Below, in pieces: positions 12,142-23,403 of a stretch of 58,931 bases of DNA. Position numbers and translations under genes: made by a program. The stretch is from Piedraia hortae CBS 480.64 (Eukaryota). The notes beneath the pieces are model-generated. The model was not told the origin of the DNA. It was given only the letters and a program-made list of their open reading frames with translations, and searched no databases. Numbering within the stretch: position 1 is the stretch's first letter; each line of letters starts with the position of its first letter. The stretch spans positions 1-58,931 of the forward strand of contig MU006029.1 in assembly GCA_010093745.1 (NCBI GenBank), given 5' to 3'.

Positions 12142-13092
12142 CCTTGGCGACAGGTGCTAGAGAGAGAGAGAGTGGAATGCAGGGAAAGCGAAGAAAAAGG
12201 GCTCCTTTTAAGATATAGTTTTACTACGGCTTCTCCAACGCCGCCCCAGGAGACGCGGCAAGCTTACCAGGACTGTGGGCCACATAGTGTGGTCTATCCA
12301 TCCATGTCTCGACCGCAAAGACCATCATCGGGTTGCGGAAAGAGGCTAGGAAACTCCAGTGCCCGACGAAGTGGACCTACATCCGAGCCAATGAATTCAA
12401 TTTGAAAGGTAGCCTGCCAAAGCTGCGGCCAGCATTTCGAAGCTACTGGGGAGAAGCTTCGTAAAATACGGCACCGGTTCAATCATCCAAGGAATTTTAC
12501 CACGGCTGGAGTGACAGGTGCTGACTCGTGTAAAGGTAAAAGGTTTCGATCGTTGATAGTCATCTGTCACAAGGGCCGTAACGCCCTCGGGTACTGTTGA
12601 AGACCAATGATTTGGAGCAATCATCAGCTGCGTTTTGGAATTCCGTTATCGGTGGCAGGATTGGGTTGCTCTACGCCAAGGGCTTGGGATCTTTTAATCA
12701 CAGGGGAGGTATTAGATGAATGTCCAAGACCTCATGGCATCAGTCAAAGTAATGTTAATGTCAATGTCACATGGAATGTTGATTGAGCCTAAAGGCACAA
12801 CTATTTGATAGCTCGGATGTTTGTCAGATTGTTGGGAGGGAGCTTTGGAGCTTTCTAGCGCGTCATGGCGCCCATGACAGGTAAAACGCCACCGAATCTC
12901 TGCTCACCTACGGGTAATGAGATACCATTTCTAGACCCTGTCTGGCACTTTTTCACATCTCATCCGGAGTTATGTCCACCGTTTAGCTGTCCAGATGTCG
13001 GGGCCGCAGGGTCGTGGACGTTAACGATCACTAGCGGGAACTAGCGGACACTAGCTATTTTTGGCAAATCGTAACGTCACTGGATGACAACC

Positions 13093-13103
13093 ACGCGACG
13101 CGT
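13093..13103. promoter_or_regulatory. Overlapping ACGCG/ACGCGT (MCB-like) motif upstream of NUF2
   Basis: acgcgacgcgt lies about 40 nt before the NUF2 ATG. ACGCGT is the MluI cell-cycle box bound by MBF in yeasts. Function here is inferred. Confidence 0.35.
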
Positions 13104-13143
13104 CTGTCAACACGACAACCTGCTCCCTTGACTGTTGCCGAAT

Positions 13144-14660
13144 ATGGACTATAACCCTCGCTCCAGCATGTTTAATGCTCGTACAAGCATGGCGCGCAGT
13201 TCATCGCAATTCCAAAGACAACAGCAACAACCGCGCAAGGAAGACGATGGCAACGCGTTTATGACATTGGCACGTCCAGAATGGCTCCTGTAATAACATA
13301 TGCTAACAGTTGCAGCCAGATAAGGAGATTGCCGGCTGCATCTGCGACATTGGCTTCAACTTCACCGTAGATGACCTGCGTAAGCCCAATCCTCAGCAAG
13401 TGCAGAAACTGTTTGAATGGTTTCTGGTCATCTTGACCGGAACCACGCGCGAGGTGGTTGCGCCAGCTATGCACGAGGCAGCAATAGAGCATTGTGGCGA
13501 GGACATGGCAGACCGGGTGTTCCCGCCAGAAGCGCGTGAACTGGCGGGATTCTTCGTGACGTTGCGTACGGTACTTTCAGAGTGCGGAGTTAAGGACTTC
13601 TCAACTTCAGATGTGTACCGGCCAACTCATGGTCGATTAGTCAAAACTTTCAGCTATCTCATCAACTTCATTCGTTTCCGAGAAGGCCTGACTGACATCC
13701 TTGACGCTCAGTACGCAGCGAGCGGGAAGACAAAGGCGGATATAGAATGGCTTTCTCAGGAGAATCAATACAATGAAGAAACACTGCGCGAACTGCAGGA
13801 GAATCGAAAGAACGTAGAGAAGACTCTGAAAGAGAAGGAGCAACGCAGCATGGAACTCAAGACGCGTCTTTTGGAACTGAAGAAGGTGCAGGAAGGGGTT
13901 TCGGAGAAACTAGAGCAGATCAAGGGCGAGCAGAACCGGTTGAAGCATTTGTTGGAACAAAAGACAATGGCCATCTTGAACCAAAAGGCCGAAGCCAACA
14001 GAATCAGGCCATATACAGAGCAGTCACCAGCCAAGCTGGAAGAGTCTCTGCAAGAACTCGGTTCGCTTCTCACTCGTGAACGGGAGGAAATCGACCAGAT
14101 GGAAAAACGCACCCGAGATCTGCAATTAAGTCTGGACTCTTTTACTTCAGTCCATACCGACATCTCTCACCTCTTGACCCTGCTCGAGCAAATCCAATCT
14201 GAACAGGCTAAGGAAAAACAAGAGGCACACGTAGGCGCACGCAACCGTGAAGCCCTGGCAGAGAAAATCAACAACGTGCGAGAGCTTGAGCGGCAAGAGA
14301 AATTGACTCGCAAGCAACTCGAACAATTGCAAAAACGCACAGAAAAAATTCGCAGCGATACGGAAGCAAAATCCGCTGCAGCCAAAGAAAGAATGGAAGA
14401 GCTTAGAAAAGAGCATCGAGAACTGATAGAGCAAAGGCGTGGCCGAGGCGAAGAGGTTGAGAGGAGAAGAATTCGGATCGAGCAAACGGAGAAAAAGGTA
14501 TGGTCTTAACGTCAAATCTTGGTACATTTGCTGATATCTGTGACAGATGGCCGATCTCAAGGACAACATTGAGAGCGAAGTCAGCAGGGCTCGACAGGAA
14601 TACAGAAAGCTGGAGAGTCACATCAAACAGTACATGACGGAGATGGAGCAGGGGTTCTGA
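13144..14660 (+). CDS. NUF2: Kinetochore Ndc80-complex subunit Nuf2
   Basis: Exons 13144-13269, 13316-14497 and 14547-14660. [20 protein letters not shown] and [12 protein letters not shown] mark the Nuf2 CH domain, followed by a long coiled coil ending [13 protein letters not shown]. Intron 1 has a GC donor. Confidence 0.93.
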
Positions 14661-14875
14661 CTTGGTTCTGTGAAAGCTTAATGTCTAATGAGATACCCAT
14701 TTGCTTGAATTTTCATAGGGATGGGAAGTACAACAAACTTTTCAGTGGGGTTCGTTTCAGGCCCTTGCACGGGTCGTGCCGGGTTCGTCATGCTCTTGGC
14801 TGTTGTGGAGCCTGTCACCTGTTCAGATAGCGTCATACAACGCCTTCAACATCAGCATCCAATTTAGTCCCAGAA

Positions 14876-16042
14876 ATGGCCACAATGCAATCAGAACAAT
14901 CCAGATTTCTCCTCCTCCTGCCAGCGGATCTCAGCCTGTCATCCATCCAATCAAATTACGGCGAGACAGTAACGAAAGTTCTCAAAGAAGTTGCCAGTCA
15001 GTCTGCTGAATCTCAGAGAGGTCCCATTCTAGAGATAGCACTAGCATGTCCACATCTCGTGGATTCAGAGCAGACCCCACGGGCACAGTTATTTGCCCAG
15101 ACCGAATCACTTGTGTCAGCGGTATATAGATTGGTCTGCGTTGTTGCCGCACGGGACAAGATTGATGTCGAGGACTACCAAGGTGTTGATGTTCGGGTGC
15201 TGCTTGTTGCTTGGTCTCCAGTGAAACCAGATCGACTAGGTTCGGGGCCCTACGGGCCTATTGTCACTTTGCAGGCTTTGGCTCAATCGCGCCGGCAGTG
15301 GAAGAATGTGTTTTCGGAGGAATCTGATGCAGGCAGGACATTGTTCAAGGCGTTTGATACTGCTAAAGATGAGACAGGCAATGTGCAGCAAAACAAGGAG
15401 GGACAGCAATCATCAATCAAAGTCGGGTCTGCTCGACGTCACTACCACACTGCTGTTGGAGGGACATTCGATCATCTACATATCGGTCACAAGCTCTTAC
15501 TTACGATGACGGTTTTTGCGATTGACAATGAGGAAAGCACATCCCCTAAATCAATGTCAAGATCTGCAACGATAGGAATCACGGGTGATAAGCTGCTTAC
15601 CAAGAAACAGCACGCTGAATTGCTAGAGTCTTGGCGCGACCGTCAATGCTCTGTTCAAAGGTTCGTGGATAGCCTTGTGAACTTCACACAGGATCCGCCC
15701 AAGGTCACGCATCGTGACGAACGCGGACCTAATGGAAAGTCCGTGGATCTGCATTATCCTTCCGGACTCACTGTGAAGTGTACTGAGATACAGGACCCAT
15801 TCGGGCCGACAATTACAGAAGAGCAGATCTCGGCATTGATCATCAGTGCCGAGACCAGAAGTGGGGGAGCTGCAGTAAACGACAAACGAAGAGAGAAAGG
15901 CTGGAAAGAGCTTGAGGTATTCGAGATTGGTGTTTTGCAAGCGGATGAGAAAGAGGCTGCTGGAGATGGGTTCGAGGGCAAGATCTCAAGTACTGCCATA
16001 CGCGCAAAGTTGGCTCGGCCCACTAAACCGGCTTTGCAGTAA
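14876..16042 (+). CDS. CAB4: Phosphopantetheine adenylyltransferase (cytidylyltransferase family, Cab4-like)
   Basis: AVGGTFDHLHIGHKLLL (HxGH), IQDPFGPT, ETRSGGAAVNDKR and KISSTAIR. Confidence 0.88.
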   Translation: MATMQSEQSRFLLLLPADLSLSSIQSNYGETVTKVLKEVASQSAESQRGPILEIALACPHLVDSEQTPRAQLFAQTESLVSAVYRLVCVVAARDKIDVEDYQGVDVRVLLVAWSPVKPDRLGSGPYGPIVTLQALAQSRRQWKNVFSEESDAGRTLFKAFDTAKDETGNVQQNKEGQQSSIKVGSARRHYHTAVGGTFDHLHIGHKLLLTMTVFAIDNEESTSPKSMSRSATIGITGDKLLTKKQHAELLESWRDRQCSVQRFVDSLVNFTQDPPKVTHRDERGPNGKSVDLHYPSGLTVKCTEIQDPFGPTITEEQISALIISAETRSGGAAVNDKRREKGWKELEVFEIGVLQADEKEAAGDGFEGKISSTAIRAKLARPTKPALQ

Positions 16043-16422
16043 GTGAACGTTTTCAGATCTCCTCCGGCTGGTTCGTCTAATCGAGCCGGAATACAAGCCA
16101 CTCACTCGGCACAGTGGCAAGAGGATATCCCCATCTGGAGTAAGGCCCTGAAGCTCTCCAATGGTGGCAAGGACGTTGAACGCCATAGCTTCAGCACGAC
16201 CACTACTTTCTCCACGCATCGGACCCCTTTCAGTGGTGCCCGTGTGCGGAAAATGAGCCCAGTGGGGAAGTAGCCGCGGCTCATCCGGGTGGTACAACCA
16301 ATCACGTGTAGCCGACAATCATGCCTCGGTAAACAGCTAACGGATGGGATGAATACTTGAGTCGTCGCAACCCTCTTTTGCTCACTTTGGTCTCCTTTTG
16401 GCGATTGATCTACACTGTCAAA

Positions 16423-18205
16423 ATGTCCAAAACCTTCAGTTCCGGTGACGTGGCGTCGCATAACAAGACCGATAGCCTCTGGATCATTATCGATGAAGAC
16501 GTTTTCGATCTGACTCAATTCCAGGATGAGGTAAGTTCCTTGAGCTTCTTAGGTTAGTTATGATCAAACCTGACAATTATTGATAGCATCCGGGAGGAAA
16601 GAAGAGTAAGCCACATGCTTGGGCCTGAGGAGCCTGGCACTGACGTTGAGGATTACAGTCTTGCAACGCGTTGCGGGTAAAGATGCCAGCAAGCAGTTTT
16701 GGAAATACCACAACGAGGGTATCCTGAAGAAGTACAAGGGCAAGCTCCAGATTGGCTCGTTGGACTCCAAGAAGGCGGCCGCGCCTCCCACTCCTCCTGC
16801 ATCCCCCAAGGCAGCAGCGAAGAAAGAACAAGTCAAGCCCACTGCTGAGTCTGGTGTTGTGGCTCCAGCTCCCACCTCCGCAGCTGTGGAACAAAAAGAA
16901 GCTTTGGACCCGTTCGGTGATCTCATTCCCTACGCGGATCCCTCGTGGTATCAGACCTATTACTCCCCGTATTTCAACGAGACCCATGCTGCACTGAGGG
17001 CCGAGGTCAGGCAATGGATGGAGGATGATATCATTCCTAATGTGACCGAATGGGACGAGGCCAAGAAGGTTCCGGATAGCGTGTACAAAAGTATGGGCGA
17101 GCGAGGCTACCTCGCTGGTCTCCTTGGCCTTCACCCGTATCCTAGCCACCTCGTGGGTGGCAAGTCGGTCAGCTGCGTTCCGCCGGAGAAGTGGGATCTG
17201 TTCCACGAGGTGCTGATCACGGATGAGCTGTCCCGGTCCGGCTCTGGTGGATTTGTTTGGAACGTTATTGGAGGGTTCGGTATCGGCTGTCCTCCTCTTA
17301 TCAAGCACGGCAAGAAGGCTCTTGTCGATCGGATTGTCCCTGGCATCCTGGCCGGGGACAAGCGCATCTGCCTTGCCATCACAGAACCTGACGCAGGCTC
17401 CGACGTTGCCAATATTACGTGCGAGGCCAAGCTGAGCGAGGATGGCAAGCACTACATTGTCAATGGCGAGAAGAAGTGGATCACCAACGGTATTTGGAGC
17501 GATTACTTCACAACTGCCGTCCGCACTGGCACACCAGAATCGGGCATGAACGGCGTCTCTGTCTTGCTCATTGAGCGCGACATGGGTGGCGTCAGCACGC
17601 GTCGCATGGACTGCCAGGGTGTCTGGTCTTCCGGCACGACCTACATTACGTTTGAAGACGTCAAGGTCCCGGTTGAGAACCTCATTGGCAAGGAAAACCA
17701 GGGCTTCAAGGTGCTCATGACGAACTTCAACCACGAGCGCATCGGCATTATTATCCAGTGCATCCGCTTCTCGCGTGTGTGCTACGAGGAGAGCATGAAA
17801 TACGCGCACAAGCGACGGACGTTTGGTCAGAAACTGATCAACCACCCCGTCATTCGGTTGAAGCTTGCGCACATGGCGAGACAGATTGAAGCTTCGTATG
17901 CATGGCTGGAGATTCTCATCTACCAATGCCAGAGCATGAGCGACACCGAGGCCATGTTGAAGCTCGGCGGCGCCATTGCCGGCCTCAAAGCGCAGTCGAC
18001 AACGACGTTTGAATTCTGCGCGCGAGAGGCCAGTCAGATCTTTGGGGGTCTGAGCTACAGCCGCGGAGGCCAAGGCGGTAAAGTTGAGAGGCTCTACCGC
18101 GACGTCCGCGCCTACGCCATCCCCGGCGGTAGCGAGGAAATCATGCTTGACCTCTCCATCAGACAGGCATTGCGCGTTCACAAGGTTCTTGGCATGAAGC
18201 TTTAA
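16423..18205 (+). CDS. Cytochrome b5 domain-acyl-CoA dehydrogenase fusion
   Basis: Exons 16423-16530, 16587-16605 (HPGGKK) and 16659-18205. Cytb5 motifs LWIIIDEDVFDLT and HPGG. ACAD motifs CLAITEPDAGSD, NGEKKWITNG and IPGGSEEIM. Confidence 0.93.
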
Positions 18206-18342
18206 TGTAGTTTGCTGTATAGTTTGGATGGCAGGTAGCTTCAAATTTGATACATGTACCATACAAGATCCCTTGTCCGCCAAGCTTCGTAGCGTCACAC
18301 AAACACCACATAATCCAACAACACAAACACTACAAAAACACC

Positions 18343-18996
18343 ATGGCCCACGAAATCAACCAAACCGAAGCACTCAACCATCTCCGCACGAACCTCAAGC
18401 AAGTCGCCGGCGCTCTCTCCTCCATCCGCCATGACCTCGACCAAACCTCCACCATCCCCAGTTGGGACGACATCCAACGCGGAATCGAAAACGCGCTCCA
18501 ACATCTAAGTAACTACCACCACATCATGGAACAATACCGTCCCTTTTTCACCGCTGCGCACGCGTACCCCCTTCCTACCTTCCCTGGTCATGAGAAGGAG
18601 GCGGTGCTGGGGATGGTTATGCGTAAGAAACTTGAACCGCGCGTTGAGGAGTGGGTTGATACTTATGGGAGGCTTCGCGGAGAGGAGGGCGGGGATGGGA
18701 CGGAGGGGGCTGGTTTACCGATGGGGGAGGCGAGGGAGTTGTGGTCTTGGGCGGGGGGGAAGGTTAGGGAACTTGCGACGGAATTTGCGGATGCGTTGGA
18801 GGAGAATTTTACGATAAAGGAGATGGAGGATGGGGTGGAGAATGTTAGGACCGGGATTAGGAGGAATTTGGCGAGGGAGGAGTTTGAAGACGTGGAGGAG
18901 GAGGTGGAGGTGGAGGAGGATGAGAAGAAAGGGAAGAGGGTGCCGGAGCTGTCGGTGGAGCAGATGCTTAGGTTTATGCAGACGGGGAGTTTGTGA
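18343..18996 (+). CDS. MED8: Mediator subunit Med8
   Basis: PSWDDIQ, AHAYPLPTFPG and MRKKLEPRVEEWV motifs, acidic tail, ending LRFMQTG. ATG at 18343. Confidence 0.8.
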   Translation: MAHEINQTEALNHLRTNLKQVAGALSSIRHDLDQTSTIPSWDDIQRGIENALQHLSNYHHIMEQYRPFFTAAHAYPLPTFPGHEKEAVLGMVMRKKLEPRVEEWVDTYGRLRGEEGGDGTEGAGLPMGEARELWSWAGGKVRELATEFADALEENFTIKEMEDGVENVRTGIRRNLAREEFEDVEEEVEVEEDEKKGKRVPELSVEQMLRFMQTGSL

Positions 18997-19062
18997 TTTA
19001 CAGCATGGGTGGGTTATGGAAGGGCGCAGGGTGGTGGTCATCATTGCTTTAGCGTCAACGGT

Positions 19063-19971
19063 CTAGACTCTACAAAGCAAACAGCTTCTTGACCAACTCT
19101 TCTGTATCCTCAGGCTTCGTGACTGTATGGCCGATAGTACGTGGGTCTTCAAAGATTTCGTAATCGTTGCCGCCCTTGTACGTCTTGTCGCCGAAGAAGT
19201 GGATCTTGTCAAACTTGACACCATCCGGAAGCTTCTGATCCGCTTCAATGTGCTGGAGACAGTACGTCTTGTCCCACCCTTTGGGGAAGACGTCAAATGA
19301 GATCTGGCCGCCAATCGAATACCTGTCATGGCATTAGCAGATCATTCGACGTCACGTAATACATACGTAAGGCCGAGATCTGGAAACTTTTCCTGAATCT
19401 TCTGGATAAACGTCTTGCGGATGTTATGTTCAAGGTCAAATTTTTCGTAATCGATCCGTTCCTGCACAGATGCGTTCCTGCCGATGGGAGAAACATTAAT
19501 CATGCCGTTTCGAAACTCCACAAACGTGCCCCTCTTGACGGGAATATCAAGGTCTGCAATGTAGTGCAGGATAAACTTGACAAGCTCCTTGTACTTGTCC
19601 TCACCGATCCATTTGATAAAGCTGTGGGAAGCCAGGGGCTTGCCCATACGGATGGCCGTGAGGCCATTCTCCGCAAAGCAGAAATCGAACAGCGATGAAA
19701 CGGGAATGGAGGGGGTGCCAAGCTGTTCTTGCTGCTTGATCAAATCACTGCCGCCAACGAAACCAATGGCCACTTTGTGTCGTAGCTGGGACAACAACGC
19801 GAGCATTGAAGGGTCTACAGTCTGTCCATCGTTTAGTTGCGGAGGGATGGGGATTTACAGTCTACTTGCTCTACGCGCTGGGGTCAAGGTCCCGTCGACA
19901 TCGAAGAGGCATATTGTGTTTTTGTACGGGCGTTCGTTCAATGGCGGGATGACACTTGCTGCTACAGCCAT
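19063..19971 (-). CDS. SEC53: Phosphomannomutase (HAD family)
   Basis: [55 protein letters not shown] and FFGDKT. Three exons. Confidence 0.96.
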
Positions 19972-20148
19972 CTTGATATCCTTGACAGCTGTCTGGTTGT
20001 TGTTCGCTTCCACCGAGGATCGAGTCCCCCCCGCATTGCGTCACGCTAGCGCCCATTCTCCGAAGCTGTCTCGTGTCTTCAACTGCTCAACACGTGGATA
20101 GCGCTCAGTATCGTAAGAACCGCCTGCAGTATCTTGTAGACGCTCAGC

Positions 20149-21037
20149 ATGGAGGCCGTAGAGTCCGCCCTCCGTCCGCTTCTTCGACCAATCACACACA
20201 ACCTCCCCTTGCCCGTCCTCGAAGCAGCAACTCGCCTCCTGGGTGAACAATGCACCACATCGCTAGTCCAAAACATCAACCTAGCCGACATCCCTTGCCT
20301 AAAACTGGCGATATCCAAAGCCCTCGGACTCAGCATCATTGCAGCAAGCTCAATAGTCAAAGTCCCGCAAATACTCAAGCTCCTCAACTCGCAATCAGCC
20401 GCAGGCCTCAGCTTCACCAGCTACCTGCTTGAAACAATCTCCTACCTTATCACACTCGCCTATAACCTCCGCAGCGGCCATCCGTTCAGCACATATGGCG
20501 AAGTCGCCCTGATTGCTGTGCAAAACATGGCTATCGCGGTGTTGATCTTGCAATATTCCAGGAAGCAGGGCTTTGCTGCCGCTTTTGTTGGTGGCATTGC
20601 GGCCGCTAGTTATGCACTGCTCAATGAAGGCATTGTGGATTGGGAGATGATGAAGTACCTCCAAGCCGGCGCGGGTGTGCTTGGTGTCGCAGCCAAAGTT
20701 CCACAGATTTTGACTATTGCGCGAGAAGGTGGCACGGGGCAGGTGTCTGCTTTTGCGGTAAGTGAGTGCATATAACCCGGTGATGGATCTGATGAGTACA
20801 CAGGTGTTCAACTATCTCGCTGGCTCGTTGACGAGGATCTTTACGACGCTGCAGGAGGTTGACGATAAACTCATTTTGTATGGGTTCGTTGCGGGCTTCG
20901 TGCTCAATGCTATCCTCGCAGCGCAAATGATGTATTATTGGAACTCGAAATCGGTGGGTCCCTCTGTGAGGCAGGGTACAGGTTTGCCGAAATCAGGAAA
21001 GAACGTAGGTAGGAGCACTACGAGAAGAAAGGCTTAG
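20149..21037 (+). CDS. MPDU1: Mannose-P-dolichol utilization defect 1 (Lec35/MPDU1) PQ-loop protein
   Basis: CLKLAISKALG, two PQ motifs (VKVPQILK, AKVPQIL) and GTGQVSAFA|VFNYLAGSLTRIFTTLQEVDD. Intron 20758-20803. Confidence 0.9.
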
Positions 21038-23094
21038 ACGTGTTCGTGCTGAGGTATGGCTTAGTTGTTACACAGAAGAAACTTAATGAAAGTTGTCATT
21101 CTTCATGCCACATCCATTGCTGGTACAGACTTCAGTACAGGAATCAAATGTTGCCGATTGCTCGGCGGTAAGTTGTTCTTTTTGGCAAGGAACTTGTCCC
21201 AACCTTTCGTTGGACTTATCCAGTTGCTAGGACATATAATAATTCACTACCCATGTTGCTTAGTTGGGACATCTCATCTGGTGTAGACACGCTAACGACA
21301 CACTAATCGTACGCAGAACGGCACTCGACAAGGTCTTCGCGATTGCAGGTAATGTCATCCTTTGAAGCGACATGTGAAAGACCAGACAAGTCCCGATTGG
21401 ATGGTGATACTTCCGACTTCACGACGCAGCCTCACAAGACCTGGCACGATCCATTCACCAGATCCGGCCTGATGGTCTCGAGTGCCGAGTACGCACTGCA
21501 GTCGACGGTGTGTCGAACCGTTGGCTATGTATCATTCCAATGAGCCACCACCATAGGAAGAGGCTGAAATCGGTGGCTCCATGTCCTGCAGATTTCCGTT
21601 TTTAGCCCCCTTGGTCGGGTCACTTACATTCTCACCAATAGCAAAAGTACATCGTGGTTTGTATCTATCTTGCGTCAAGATGACTCCGTACGGCGGACTT
21701 GTCAGTGCGAATGGGGCCTTGTTCAGGGTTGGAAGCTACATTTCTTTCTAAAATAAGACTTGGCGTCTGCTGTGAGCCCGGTTGGGCACCACTGAGAAGG
21801 TGGGGCTAATGCGGGGCAAATCCTGGGAACTGGTAACATTCTCCTGTCAAAGAAGGCTGTTTGCATTCCTGGTAACACGGTAACGTGAAGTGTCGGTAGA
21901 TCTGCACCACCGCTCTTAATTGCTGGCGTTGAAATTTCAAAATACCTAGGAACCATCATGACCACTGAGCGCAAGGATGATCCAGCAAATCAGTCACATG
22001 ACATCCGCCAGGCTGGACAAATCTTGATATGACAAACAGGTTGCATGTATTGCGAAACTGATGAATACCTCCATGTATTCCGTTATGGGGACTAAGCAGT
22101 TGCTGAGTGGAATCATCTAAAAGAATAGCTTTCTGCCGGGCTGACAGAAAAATGCAGGTACATGATCCTAAAAAAAGCGTTAACAAGCCTCAATCGCTTT
22201 CAACTGTACATCAAAATATTACAGATGACTTCCGAAACGTGCAGAACAATACACGTACTTCACCCTGCAGCTGTTTCGCTAACATCACACAGCATGACAA
22301 AGCCTTTTACGCTCGATTTAGAGAATATCATCCGAACTATGCCTAGGTGTGTGTTTCATCTTTGTGTGCTATCTGATGACACGACTTTGCGGCTTCGAGT
22401 GCCAACACCCAGATGGGTGAGTTTACCTTGCATTTGTACGATACGGGTGTGACCTTCCTCCAAACGGGCCCTCACATATATGCTGTGTGATTGGGCATGC
22501 CATGGAGGGTGTCACTAAGCCTCGCGACAAGGCCTAGATGAGAGCAACAGAATATCTCGCTAACTTGCAGAACAATGGCCCGGTACTAAGTTTTGCATGC
22601 TGTTTCACAGGACAGCAGGCTGTCAGTAAAACACGAGCTATTCTCACCTCGATACAGTAAAGATTTTCACAAAACGCACAAAGCAATTGTTTCACATCTG
22701 CAGATCGTCTTCCATGACAGCTTCCTACCCCTTTGCGGGCCTAAATCTAGCAGTGGCAGGATCGATGGCACAACCTGAGTGACTCTATCGAATCCTCACA
22801 AACTGCTATTGTGCATGAATGGAGAAAAGAGTCAACGTTTCATGCCAAAGTCATGTCCAAAACGTACGCCGTACGACCAACGCTGTTTGGTATAGCACTT
22901 TACTGCTGCAGGTTGACTTGTCACTCATACGATGCCCTTCCTTTATATTCTTCTCTGGTTCTCTAGATGAGTTCCATATACTTCAACACACTTCAAGTTT
23001 TAACTCTACGCACGCCTACAAACAGCTGCTGGTCCAGCCCTTGACGATCTTGCTTACGACTTACGAACGTTACGAGACCATTCAGATACACGTC

Positions 23095-23403
23095 ATGCCC
23101 CGTTCAGATAACTTGCCTTCTGGCCAGTCCCGTGAGCCCAAAATCATTTCTTCGACTACCAATTCTACTTATAAGAGCTCCACGAATACCTTATCGGCTC
23201 CAAACGGGGGAGATCGGGGGAACTCGAAGAATGGAAAGAAATTTTACAACGAGCCGTCTTCGACTACCAATTCTACTTATAAGAGCTCCACGAATACCTT
23301 ATCGGCTCCAAACGGGGGAGATCGGGGGAACTCGAAGAATGGAAAGAAATTTAACAACGAGCCGTCGACCAAGGATGCTCAGTACGGGGGCTACAATCAG
23401 TGA
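23095..23403 (+). CDS. Small Ser/Thr/Asn/Gly-rich protein P1 (102 aa) with internal 36-aa duplication
   Basis: MPRSDNLPSGQSREPKIIS...KKFNNEPSTKDAQYGGYNQ*. Clear similarity to the ORF at 24975. TATA-like tttatat near 22942. Confidence 0.65.
   Translation: MPRSDNLPSGQSREPKIISSTTNSTYKSSTNTLSAPNGGDRGNSKNGKKFYNEPSSTTNSTYKSSTNTLSAPNGGDRGNSKNGKKFNNEPSTKDAQYGGYNQ
23149..23364 (+). repeat. 108-bp tandem duplication, two copies, one mismatch
   Basis: Units start at 23149 and 23257 and differ only at one codon (TAC vs AAC). Confidence 0.97.

Noticed and set aside
16577..18298. 573-aa antisense ORF over the acyl-CoA dehydrogenase
   Set aside because: Shadow ORF in register with a conserved, codon-biased gene. 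No ATG start and no recognisable motifs.
21040..22800. Several 60-100 aa ORFs after MPDU1
   Set aside because: No recognisable motifs or consistent frame. Possibly decayed sequence, but cannot be supported.
22819..23094. N-terminal extension making P1 a 194-aa protein
   Set aside because: The extension overlaps the TATA-like and leader sequence, and paralog P2 starts at an equivalent Met-Pro. ATG 23095 is preferred.
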